Part shown: in pieces, positions 26,203-38,232 of the stretch
Layout of the letters: each line of letters opens with the position of its first letter
How positions within the stretch are numbered: position 1 is the stretch's first letter
Assembly (NCBI RefSeq): GCF_018977255.1
Contig: NW_024704743.1
Span: 55,678,001 to 55,742,000, forward strand
DNA length: 64,000 bases
Direction: 5' to 3'
DNA from: Callorhinchus milii
Taxonomy: Eukaryota
The notes under the pieces: generated by a model
The model's input: the letters and a program-made list of their open reading frames with translations, nothing else
Database searches by the model: none
What the model was told of the DNA's origin: nothing
Translations under genes and position numbers: made by a program

Positions 26203-26994
26203 TCAATTCATATATATATATTTGCAAATTAGTTGTTATGTTCCCTACAAATACAAAATACTATATAGAATGACATGTTTATAGCGCCGTTCACGATGGG
26301 AGGACGTCCCAAGACACTGGACAGTGTACAGTAAATCCTGAGAAGTCCTTTGAGAAGTCTTCCTGATGTGAAAGATGCTATATCAAATGCAAGAATTATT
26401 ACTATTTAATTAAGTTATCAAGTGTGGCATTTGAAGACGTAAACAATCAGTGAGGAAAACATGTAAACAACCTTCAAAGTGAATAAATAAATATGAATGG
26501 GGTTTAAAACCTAATGTTCGGTATAAAGAAGTCAGTCTATCCTCCTTCATAATCTCTTCTCTCTCATCCACCTCCGTTGGACCGCACATTCCTGGTTTCA
26601 ATCCTAATTGATTCATTCCCTCCACTTTGTTTCTCTGGGCCACATATGTCTTCAGTGTTGTGCAAAATCTAACATGAAGGTTATGGTGGTTAAGTAAGTT
26701 ACACCAAAACTCAATATTTAAAATACCTATTGGGAGTGGGTGAGGTAACAAACCCGAAAATAATTTCCACAAAATTAAAACGTTTCTGTGATTATATCTT
26801 CGGTGGTAATTGTATGCACGATGCTGTCCAGTTCATGTGTGTGAAATTTGAAGATGCACGGCAACCCCAGTAGAACATGTTTGGGTTTAGAGTGAGTTTG
26901 TTTATAGCAATTTACTTACACAATTCCCCAGAGAAAAAAATGGTCATTCACTTCATGGCTGTTTGTGAGATGTTGCTGTGCCCAAATAACTGTC

Positions 26995-28307
26995 AGTCAC
27001 ACCTCTCCCTCCACTCCCTCCTCGAGCCCCTCCAATCTGGTTTTTGCCCTACCCACAGCACAGAGACAGCACTTGTCAAAGTCACAAATGACTTCTCTAT
27101 CAGTGACCAGGGCACCCTCTGCCTCCTCATCTTCCTGGATCTCTCTGCCACGTTCAACACAGTCGACCACGCCATCCTACTCCATCGGCTCTGCTCTCTC
27201 ATCTACCTTAGTGGGACTGCACTCGCGTGGTTCGAGTCCTACTTAACCAACCGCCTCCATTTCATCATCTTAGCAAATGATTTCTCCTCCCGCCCCAGCC
27301 CAGTCACCTGCAGGGTACCCCAGGGCTCCATCCTTGGCCCTCTTCATTTCCTTATCTATATGCTGCCTCTGGGAATGTCATCCACAGTAAACTTCCACAT
27401 GCATGTGGATAACACCCAAATCTACTTTGCCTCCTCCTACCAACTCCAGGTCCACCGATGTTCTATCAGCTTGTCTGGCAGACTTGAAGTTCTGGATGAG
27501 TATAAACTTCATACAGCTGAGTGTGAATAAGATGGAAGCCATACTCCTTGGCTCCCGTCAACGTCTTCACTCCTCCGCATCTAAAGTCCTCAACCTCCCT
27601 GGGCTCTCCCTCAGATTCACTGAACCAGTGTGCAACCTAGGCATCCGGTTTGACCCCCCAACTGTCCTTCCTCCCCCACATCCAGTCCCTGACCAGAACT
27701 GCTTTCTTCCACCTCCTCCATATTGCCCGCCTCCGACCATACCCCAAGTACACCTGAAACGCTTGTGAATGCATTTGTCACCTCCTGCTTGGAATACTCC
27801 AACGCACTCCTCGCCGGTCTCCCCAGCTCTACCATTCACAAGATCCAGCTCATTCAGAACTCTGCCGCCTGCATACTGACCTGAACCAAACTCTGTACCC
27901 ACATCTCACCAGTTCTGGCCAGGCTCCATTGGCTCCCCATCACCAAACGGATCTTCACTCTCGTGTTCAAATCCATTCACTCCATACCTCCCTACCTCTC
28001 CGACCTCCTCACTCCCCAATCCACCACCCGGCGCCTCCGCTCGACTGGCACCGGCCTCTTGCTCGTCCCTCTCACCCTCCGCCCCACCATTGGAGGTCAT
28101 GCATTCAGCTACATCGCCCCAAAACTCTGGAACAGTCTCCATCAGTCCCTTCACCTTGCTCCCTCTCTCCCCTCTTTCAAGTCCCGCCTGAAAACTTTCC
28201 TGTTCAACCGTGCTTATGGCCACATCCACCTTCAACCCAGCTTGGAGTCAAGCGCTCGGAAACACTTCCCTGCATGGAGGGCGCTATATAAGTTATTATT
28301 GTTGTTG
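26995..28307 (+). mobile_element. L2 LINE, longest copy; frameshifted reverse-transcriptase domain through the 3' tail
   Basis: QSGFCPTHSTETALVKVTND...FLDLSATFNTVDH...VPQGSILGPLHFLIYMLPLG...HVDNTQIY...APKLWNSL...FKSRLKTFLF; several frameshifts. Confidence 0.95.
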
Positions 28308-29529
28308 TGTTCACCTACAAATACACAATCACTACATTTTACAGAAAAGCATTTTATAGTGAAGCATTTTAAGACATTTAGACATGAGAACGTGCAATAT
28401 CAAATGCAAGTATATACATGTAACCATAAAAAGGATCGGTCGTTAGTTACTATCACAAATAGGGGTCTGAAAGCTTTGAATCAGTGCGACTCTTTTAGTG
28501 TGTTGTTGTGTTCACCTACAAATACACATAATAACTGCTGAATTGAATTTGTATTTGAAAACTTTAGGTTTCCTTCAGTAAAAGCTTATACACAGAGAAT
28601 ACCATTCTTTTGTAGAAAGTTCTTTAACGTTGGCACAGTATTATGCAGCACAGGAAATTGTGAATTTCTCCCTTTTTCCTCCTGGTTATGCAACACCCCT
28701 TTTAGATCAGAAAGTCCGTTTTAAAGTATTTATACATATTTCAATACACAAACACTTCTCTGCTTCAATCAGTGCCATGGCCATTGAATGGCAATGTGCT
28801 AATTTAATGTCCTTTTGCTAATTCAAGGCCAAAATGTAATCTGAGATCAGTCTGCCAGTCACTGAATGGCCTGCATTTTGATGAAGATATGAGTTTCATT
28901 TAACAAATTTCTCCCCCTTTGTTTGACTATCTTATGTTGCCGGCAAATAGTTTTCAATTCTCCCCTCATTATCTGATCCGAATTCTTCACAGTTGCATCA
29001 TTTGGAGCGCCTGGAATTCTTCTGTCCATGTGTTTACACAAGGGACATTATGCACACACATTTATACATGGTTTATACATGGCGAATAATAGATCCCAAT
29101 GTTGGAATGCATCCTGTATGACATTGAGAGAAGCACAGGCGGGCTGGAACAATTCCTTTAAATTACTACTTTCTTGCTGTAACATTTGAGTGCTAATTTT
29201 CCATATTTTCGTTCCTAAGCAGTAGAAACTGTTTCAAAGGTCAATGGAAGCTTACGTCTCCTAAAGTGCCCTATCTACAGGTTTACATTGAATCTTTTAA
29301 TTACACTTCTTGAAAAACAGTCAACTCCGGTTTAGCTATAAGAAAAGTCATTCTCCTAATTACTAGTTTTTAACGAAGTTCATTTTCTACTCTGGATTTT
29401 GTTCAGAATGAATGCATAATTCTTGTAATGGTTGTGCTGTAAATGTTATAGACTGTGAACGTACTTCAATGTTTAATTTTATCTAATTGTCAGTCAGTTA
29501 TGCACAAAACGTGTACCCGCAAGGGATGA

Positions 29530-29820
29530 GTGGTTTGACTATGGGCAGAGACTGAAGGAACTGGGCCTATTTTCATTGAAACAGAGAAGGTTGAGGGGAG
29601 ACTCGATAAAGGACTTTATGATGGTTTTGATAGAGTCAATAAGGAGACATTATTTCCACTGGTTGGTGAGTCAGTGACTAGAGGGCATCAATTTAAATAA
29701 TTACCAAAGGAGCAAATGGGGAAGATTATGACAGTTATTTTCTTACAGAGTTGTTTGAATGTAGAATGCCATGCCGGGTATGGTGGTTGAGACAGAATCC
29801 TCATTAACTTCCAAGAAGGA
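29530..29820 (+). mobile_element. Decayed CR1 3' fragment
   Basis: RLKELGLFSLKQRRLRGD-like translation; ACTAGAGGGCATC. Confidence 0.75.
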
Positions 29821-30000
29821 TTTTTTTTATCAGCTGTGTGTCTGACACATATGGAAACCCATCACCATGCTTCACAGTATCCCAACCAAGATGAGTTTTC
29901 CCTGTATCCCATCTACACATGGAAATCCCAGAGGAATGGAATATGGACTCTCTCCCTGGAGGGATGCATCCTGCTTATCTAATTCCGGAAAGTATTAGGC
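29821..30000 (-). repeat. Unclassified repeat family U fragment (oligo-T end)
   Basis: TTTTTTTTATCAGCTGTGTGTCTGACACAT...CCCTGGAGGGATGCATCCTGCTTATCTAATTCCGG. Confidence 0.85.
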
Positions 30001-30084
30001 GCAGTACAGGAAAGGAAACACAGGAAACACAGCATTGTTCCCAGGAAAAATAAGATTCTTTTATTCATGTTGTTATCCAGATTG

Positions 30085-30370
30085 GAAGGTTGTAGTTTTA
30101 AATCTTAGCCTGTGCTAAGTTAGCCAACCTCAGCCCAGACACCAGAATTGCGCTCTGCGCCCCCAGGTCAGGAGGTTGGAAATCTACCAGGGTTCCTGCT
30201 CCAGATACAAAAGACCTATGCCAAAAGGTGTTTCTGTGGATCTCTATTCTGGACAGGAATGTCTCAGGTGTGATGTGTATTTGTATGTCCCTTTTTCTTC
30301 TCCAACCCCTTCCCCTAGTAGTAACTGTCAAAAGTCACACATGACTAATGGCCACTTGACTGAGGTTTTA
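30085..30370 (+). mobile_element. Third ancient SINE family fragment
   Basis: CTGTGCTAAGTTAGCCAACCTCAGCC...CAGGGTTCCTGCTCC...AATGGCCACTTG. Confidence 0.65.
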
Positions 30371-30379
30371 GGGGGCATC

Positions 30380-30643
30380 CCTGGACTCATGTTGACGTTA
30401 AAGATCCAATGGCACTATTGGGAAAAAGAAGGGAGCTTCTCCTGGTATCCTGGCCAACAGCCCCCAGATAGAATTGGTCATTCACTTCATGACTGGTTGC
30501 AGGACATTTCTGTGTACAAATTGGTTGTTACGCTTGTCTACAAAACACACAGTCAATACAATTCATAGTGAAATCTTGTCATTTTGAGACATTCCGAAGA
30601 TGTGATGAAAAGCTATATCAATTGCAAGGATTATTATTATTAT
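30380..30643 (+). mobile_element. Old DeuSINE-type SINE, 3' half
   Basis: GACGTTAAAGATCCAATGGCACTATT...TGCAAGGATTATTATTAT. Confidence 0.8.
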
Positions 30644-31571
30644 CTTCCCTTAAAAGGAAGATCCGGAATCCGGTGTAGAACAGAGTCTGAGATTGTGAAA
30701 CAGAACCTTATAATCTATAATAATAATAACAATAATTCAGGTATTATTAAATCTCCTACACATGTGAAACTTCATTAACCTACTTCACTGGGCTTTTATC
30801 TAGAGCCAAACCCTTATGGTAAAATGCATTTCCTCTCTCATTGCTTTCCATCTGCATAGCTGTCCCTTGAGAGCCATCGCAGGTGATTGTAACTGAACAA
30901 CTCTTTGCCCGACCACACAGAAAGATGGGCCCAAAACATACCCCTCCCTGACTGCTTTGTAACTAGCGAGGCAAGAAAAGCAATTTGCTATCAAGTGATT
31001 TTTGACACATCTGTGAGAAGGAGATAAATGTTGAAACCTGTAATTAATGATTCCTGATCCAATCATATGTACTTAGATTTCTTAACTGTCTTGTTACTGT
31101 AGTGCTGTTCTTAACCCCAAGCTGTGCATTTGATTATATATATATATATATCCCAAGGGCAACATAGTTTAAATAATTGTAACCACCCTGAATAAGTTCT
31201 ATAAATCTGGCTTGTCATTTACTCAAATTGCATGCACTGCTAAGCTGCGTATTACAAGCTTTAAAATAATTACATCTGTTTCAATGCAGTGAAACCTCTG
31301 CTAAACTGGAGTTAGGAAAGCAGCTAAAAACATGTAAGATTATTTTCTGGTTCTGAGCTTACTTTGATTTGCGTTACATTTCCGTTTGCTTAATTATTAA
31401 AGCTGAGCTCAACATGTTGTGATTTTTGCCCAACAGCTATAATTTATATTGTAAATCTTGAACTTGCCCAACAAAGTTGAGCGATTTCTTTGTAGGTGAA
31501 TGGTATTCAGCACGCCTCTGCTTGATGTGCAAAGATTTGTTTTAATGAATTGCAATTAATTTGAATGACTC

Positions 31572-31845
31572 TAACAAGTTGCATTTGTATAGCGCCCCTC
31601 ATGCACGGTTGGTCCCGGAGCACTTGACAGCATGACAATGAGCAGGGGGGAGGGGGAGGTGGCCGTAGGCACAGTAGAAGAGGAAGGTCTTCAGAGGCGA
31701 CCTGAAGATGAGGAAGGAAGGGGAAAGGGATGGATGGAGGAAGAGTGTTCCATAGTTTCCGGCCATAGTGACTGAAAGCATGACTGCCAATGGTGGAATG
31801 GAATGGAGGGCACAAGAGACATGCACAGGCTGGAGCCAGTCGAGC
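31572..31845 (-). mobile_element. L2 LINE 3' end
   Basis: STIGSHAFSHYGRKLWNTLP; FRSPLKTFLFYCAY. Confidence 0.85.
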
Positions 31846-32279
31846 TCCCCACTGCCAACCTTCCCCCCCCCACCCCCTACTCAGGTCCTAAACCCTGACT
31901 GTTCAGGGTCTTGGGACGTCCTCCCGACGTGAAAGTCACTTTACAAATGTAATTTAGTATAAAAGGTGTTTAAAGTTAAAGTGGGATGAAACTTCCTTTT
32001 GCACCGGAAGAATGGTGATGTTAACGATGTGCATGTGGTGAAAAATCTGATTGTAAATACACAATGAAGTACAACTTTTGATACGACTACAGTATGGGGT
32101 TCAAATGGATTTATATTGACCGTGTCTTCTGATTTTGATATCAAAAGCCATCTAATTTTAATATTTGCTGTTGTGGTTTCAGAAAGTTTGCAAAGTGCAA
32201 AAGTCTGAAGTAAAATGGTACAAATTAAATTGAGCCTAACAAAATACAGTGAATAGAAAGCCAAAATCTGTAGTTATTT

Positions 32280-32425
32280 ATTTTCGGTAATCCGGGTGTC
32301 TGATGCATGTGGAATCCGGATGTTTGACACATGCTTAAGAATATCCAAACCAAACTAAGAGTTCCACATATGTATGACACCTACACATGCGTATTTCCCT
32401 GGGTCTGGAATGGAATACGTAATCT
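32280..32425 (-). repeat. Unclassified repeat family U fragment
   Basis: CCGGGTGTCTGATGCATG...TGCTTAAGAATATCCAAACC...GTCTGGAATGGAAT. Confidence 0.8.
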
Positions 32426-32529
32426 TTAAAAGAATACTGTTGTGGATTTGTTAATGAAAGATGCAGTGGCTGGATTTAAATGTGGACTTTGTGCTTTAAT
32501 GTTTATCAGCAATTCAATAGACAGTGTGA

Positions 32530-32890
32530 GCCATAGAGAGCAAATGGATCTCTGCTTCTAGCCTTGGTCTGTGCTAAATTAGCTCAGCTCAGGGGTTGGT
32601 AGTAAGGGAGCTCCAACTGACCTTTGTGCCCCTGAGCTAGTGAGAAGAAAATAAGCAGTCGCGTTTCACTCTCCTGAATGCTGTTTGGTGACCCCCACCT
32701 CTCACCTCATTAGAAAAGGCATGTGTGTGGATGTCAGGTGATGACAGGATTGTATTGGCACTGATATCCCCCACAGTCAAATAGCCCATCATTACGAAGA
32801 TCTGAAGTGAAAAATGGTGAGGACCTGGAGGGTGGTCAGAGCACATGGAATCATTCTCCAGAGGAAGTCAGCACCTTCAAGAATTGAGCA
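32530..32890 (+). mobile_element. Third ancient SINE family, long fragment
   Basis: GGTCTGTGCTAAATTAGCT...GTGTGTGGATGTCAGGTGATGACAGGAT...AGTCAGCACCTTCA; homologous to 30085-30370 and 46158-46500. Confidence 0.7.
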
Positions 32891-32959
32891 GGGGAACACT
32901 TGGTTTTGGTAGATATACGTTTTGGTTAGAATTGTGGAATGTGCAAATCCATCACCAAA

Positions 32960-33115
32960 ATTATGAGTATCCAAACCAGACTGAGATTCTGCATACGTAT
33001 GCCACCTGCATATGGAAATTTACCTGTGTCTGGAATGGAATGCACAATCTTTCCCTAGAGGGATGTCCTCTGCTTACCTAGTTCCGGAAAGTATCAGGCA
33101 TAAGTTGGGAAGAGG
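32960..33115 (-). repeat. Unclassified repeat family U fragment
   Basis: GAGTATCCAAACCAGACTGAG...GTGTCTGGAATGGAATGCAC...TTCCGGAAAGTATCAGGCA. Confidence 0.85.
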
Positions 33116-35424
33116 TACGCCAATGCTGCATTACCAAAGAATTACACATCTCATCAGTTAGAAAGATATTCTGGGGACTGACATTGCCTCAACTACAATT
33201 TATTTTCTATTAATCATTAATTTCATTACTTATATATTGCAGACATTTTGATGATGTAAAATAAGATTTGCTTTTATTATGTTACAGCTGTATTTGAAAC
33301 ACAGTACATCCTGTTGAAAGTGCTTAGTACACTGGGAGCTGTGCATTTAACAGCGCCATTATCCATAGCTGCACAGTAAGGAAAAGCCATTGTGACTTAG
33401 AGATGGAATCAGATTTTCAAATTATTTATGCAATGTAAATACTATTTTGTGGTTTTTCAAATGCAGTGTTTTATTTGATTTTGTTTTGCGATAGTCAGCT
33501 ATTTCTCGACTTAATGCGCTTCACATGCTGAAGTACAATTCGGGGGTCACCAAATGTCCTCCGATACCTTGCTCGAGTTGCTCGTCTTCATGTGCAATCC
33601 TGGATATTGAATGTGGACAGAGGAAAGGGGGGGGGTGTGCGGGGGAATCAAAGGCAAAGGCTTCAGCTTTGTTGAGATCTCCTCAGATCTGAAATCGCAT
33701 GAATCAGAGTAAGGTACAGAGATTAGCATTTAAGTCAAGAGGTGCTTATTTTCCATTGGCAAAGCTTTTTCCATTGGTGAAGTGCCAGAAAACATTATCT
33801 CTTTCATCAGCAGATATTCTGCCCTGTGTTGAGCATTTGATGATGTGAGCCAACTGCTGTCTTAACCATTTTGTAAGTATCAATAGTTCAAAATCCATGC
33901 ATTTTAATTAGAAATTCCACCTGGGTCTTGATTGATTCTATTTGTGAAGCATTTCAGAGAGTCCAGAATGTGGCAAATTGTTGAATCCAGTCTTAACTTT
34001 TATGATGTTTTATTTTGTAATTCTTAAAAGAAGTTACTGAAAACAGTCTTCAAAATTAAGGCTGTATTTAAGAATTTACCAAATTGTGGATTCTCTGAAA
34101 TGCTATATGAATAGAGTAAATTCTGACCAGGGAGGAATTGCTCCCCATATTCTTACAAATCTGAGAATTATAATTTTCAATTAATTTTTTTAATAATAAT
34201 CCTTGCATTTGATAGAGTGCCTTATCATGTCTTTGAGATGTCTCAAAGCGCTTCACAGAATATACTGTAAAGTCAATTGACTGAATATTTTGTGGGCAAA
34301 ATATTTTTTTAATGAGCATTGAATGTAGTTCTGATTATAAACAAAGGTGTTGTTTGGCCTGACAGGATTTGATAGATAATTACTCACCTGTTCTTTTTTA
34401 GACAATACACGGTATCAATCCATGTCTAAGACTGTGTTAACATATAATAGCAAACAAAGTCAAATCCCTTAGGAATGCTTTTTCATTAACTCCAGTTGTC
34501 GTAGAGAATAGATTTGTTTTCGAAAGATTTGCAATTAGGTATGCTGTTCTTTTCACAAAACAAAAAGCAAAGTGTTAAAGTTTAATTGTTTCAGCTCAAG
34601 CAGATTTCTTTATTACTGCTCAGCCACCATCTGCCTAAGGCCAAGGTGGCAATATATAAAATCCCTATCAATACCAGCTTCCAACTCAAACTTTAAGGTG
34701 AATTTGAAATGCATCCAGGACCATTCTACGAGAGGATTTTGCACTCATTTTAATCGTTGCTTCGGAGAGTCTCTCAATGCTGGCAATTACAGTAAATGCC
34801 AACAAAAATCTCAATTTATTTCAGTATTTAAAGGACATTTTGCATGAATCTTTTACAATAATTAATGGTTACAAAATGCATTCACAATTCAATCACTTAA
34901 AAAGTGGTAAATAATTCTACATTCTGTTAAGTTTAATGGCCGACAAATTGACCAATTCTGGAATATAAAACTGTACAGAAAGCTATGCTGCGGGTGCTTG
35001 AATACATAATAATACAATAAGAATTCTGCATCTCTTTAGGACAGGGCCAGCTTTTTCGAAAGACTTGTTTTTTCTTTGGTTGAGAGCCAACTGTAATTTG
35101 AGTATGCACATGCTGTGATCATCATGAGAACAATGGTCCTGCAGGAATACAGTTCTGTTTATTAAGTTACTTGTTTGTTTTCAATCTCTTTTGACTGCTG
35201 TGTTCGTCTGCAGAAAATCAGACATCTTGATATCTAAGCTAAATGTGATATGTTAACTCCACTCCTCCTAATGCCAACCCCCAACCCCCAGTTCGGGTTT
35301 GAACCACTGATTGTCCAGCGCCTTGGGACGTCCTCCCAAGGCTATACACATGTAATTTGTTGTTGTTATTCTTGCTGTATGTGGATACGTCCAGGCATCA
35401 AGTCATCATGTGCAATACAATATA

Positions 35425-35862
35425 GAGTCGAACCCTATTATATCACGATTTGGTTTAAGTCCTTGTTGCAGATATAATACAAGTGTACCATGGATCCATG
35501 GTGGTGAGGTACACTTTTGGCTTCTGGCACTGACACAGGCACTTTTAACTTTCAGTGAAAACTGAGCAGGTGCAGAAGACCTTCAACATATTATAATATA
35601 ATAAACCTTGCATTTGATATAGCGCTTTATCATGTCTTCGAGACGTCTCAAAGAACTACACAGAATTTGCTGTAAAGTGAATTGATTGTATATTTTGTTA
35701 GCTTGTACTGCAAACACAGGTGAGAGCAGTCACTGCTTACTGGCTGGATTTCTGCATACAACATAATTTAGTAATGTCAGTGGCAACCTGGAAACCCTGA
35801 CCATTATTATTAGTTATTAAATAATTGTATCAACCCAAACATGTTATAACAGGATCCGACTA
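35425..35862. mobile_element. Tc1/mariner (Tigger/pogo-like) MITE carrying a SINE-tail insertion (~35595-35700)
   Basis: Degenerate TIRs TA|GAGTCGAACCCTATTATATCACG and CATGTTATAACAGGATCCGACTA|TA, flanked by TA on both sides. Confidence 0.65.
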
Positions 35863-36125
35863 TAGAATACTGCAAAAACTGCATCCACCTGGAGTTACAC
35901 TGATGTTGCCGAACCACACAGAAAATAACTAGCCTCTGCAAAAAGATACTCAATTAAAACCTGGTCAGCTGGGAGGGTGAGTTTGTTGCACACACTGGTC
36001 TTGCTTTGCTACCCTTTATTCCAAATTCTTGCAAGAGGTGCGATGTGGCTCAAGACCCACGGGGAACGTATGTTTCATGCACAGAGCAGATAACGTCTTT
36101 GCTTCTATATGACTGAGTTAGACTC

Positions 36126-36161
36126 CTTTCTCACGGATATAAGAAAATATCCGTGAGAAAG
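36126..36161. repeat. Perfect hairpin, 15-bp stem and 6-nt loop
   Basis: CTTTCTCACGGATAT-AAGAAA-ATATCCGTGAGAAAG. Confidence 0.95.
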
Positions 36162-37789
36162 TGCAGAAAAATCATTAATATTTTCCATCAAAAATCTGTG
36201 TTTTTCTTTGCATTGGACACTACTCAAAGCCAGCCTTCAGTTGAGCTGCCTCCAGAGCTTGTTTTATGGTATTTGGGATGATGGGGTGCATTGGGAGAGG
36301 CATTGGAAATGCATTATTTTAACATGCTCCATCTAGTCCATAATCAATTGGTGGGCTGGACCTGCAACTATGCAATGAGTTTCTGGCATAAGACAGAGCA
36401 AACGACTTGCAGCTGCTTATTTAACTAGGAGTCTCACTGCCAGCAAGTGAAAAATATCTGTTGCACTCAATAAAAAGTTTACAACCCACAGTAACGCCTT
36501 GCTGTTCACCACAGGAAAACTTGTCGGTGGAGGTGCAGAGGATGAAGGTGAAACAATATGAATATTCACTGCTTTCCTGTAAAGAATCTATTTAGTCATA
36601 ACCTTGCAGTTGATATAGCACCTGACATTGATATTGTCAGTGTCTCAAAACCTTTCACAGGATTTTTAGTGTAAATCACCAAAATAGGTGAAAACTTCTT
36701 ATGTAAGATGCACTGTTATAATTAATGAAGAAAAGGAGGATTTGGAGTAATCTTGTCTTATTCCCAGACTTTTTGTCTCTTTCTACTGTTTGTATTTCTC
36801 CAACATTGAGTAGAACAATTAATTCCTAGTTGGACCAAGCTAGCATTTCCCAACAAGATCTCTTGCTTTCTGCAGGTTTTCTTTTCAAACCTCTAATTTG
36901 GAGAAAATAAACACAATGTTAAATCAACAAAGGTCATATAGGTAAATGAAAAAATGCTTTGCTCTAAACAAACTGGGTTTACTACAAAGGTGTATACTGA
37001 AATTTCCGGCTGGTTGTTTCCAAAATCAATCTACACACTCATACCTTTTAGTCAGTTTCTTTGTCAAATACAGTAGCTTTCTAATAACCTTGTGAATATG
37101 CTGGCACAAACTACCTCTCTGGGTAATTGATTCCACATGTTCACCACTGTCCGTCCACCTTCCTTCATCTGATCTTGAGTCTGTGCCTCCCTTTTCTTTT
37201 TTAATCTGTGCCCTTATTTATAAAATCTAGAATCCCTTTAGCGTTTTTACACGCAGCCTTACCAGTTTGCCCGCCCATATTTTCCATGTAGTTTGTCACG
37301 TAACATCTAATGGATATTGGTTTCTGTGCACTTTGATAGTTGAGAACAGAATTGGAGACATACATTTATTATAGCATTTATGCTGTGGTTCGGAAGTCAT
37401 GCATCCCATTTGTTTGCCACACCTACCCCCCCCATACCCGTCTTTAAATTGTTAATCACACCTAAAGACATTTCCCTTTCACCATGCCTACAGTCAGCTC
37501 CTCTTTCTCCCCATCTTTGTGTCAAACTCCGCTGTTGTTCAAGGCTCCAAGATGCTACCCACTTGAAGGGTGCTATATAAGTACAAGTTGTGTGTTTTGA
37601 GATCCAACTGAACATGCACCAACAACTGTTGTTTAGCACACGTTAATACGTTCCTTTAAACACGGATACAGTATATTCCTTTTTAACTTGTTTTGGTTAA
37701 AAGTGCTAAAAATTGTCATTGTGGTAGAAAAAGTTCTTTCTAGACCTGCTTTAAACTAACTTTAAAGTTGAGGCCAAAATTCCGAACAC

Positions 37790-38232
37790 TGGTGTAGATT
37801 GGCTCGTTGGTAGAACTCTTGCCTCTGAATCAGAAGTTGTGGGTTCAAGGTCCCTTGTTGGGACTTTGAACTCACAGTCCAGGATGATACTCTAATACGG
37901 TGCTGGGGAGTGCTGGATTGTTGTAGGTGCTGTGCTTCGAAAGAGACATGATACCAAGGTTCCGTCTGCATGTTCAGGTGGATATTAAAGATGCCACAGC
38001 ACTATAAAATAGAGAAGAGAGTTTCTCCCAGTGTTCTGGCCAACAATCTTCCACCTAAAATTTATTATTCACTTTATGGCCATTATGTAGGAAATTGCTG
38101 TGCATAAGTTGGTGGCTGTTTTGCCTTAATATTGAAGTCACTACACTTTACAATATATCCTGTGAAGCTCTTTGAGATGGCTATCCAACATGAAAGGTGC
38201 TACATCAAATGCAATAACTATTATTATTATTA
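37790..38232 (+). mobile_element. Old DeuSINE-type SINE, near full length
   Basis: tRNA-like head TGGCTCGTTGGTAGAACTCTTGCCTCTGAATCAGAAGTTGTGGGTTCAAG, Deu domain, (ATT)n tail. Confidence 0.85.

Noticed and set aside
26877..27530. Longest ORF (217 aa) as a host gene
   Set aside because: It is a frameshifted L2 reverse-transcriptase remnant whose N-terminus reads through SINE sequence.
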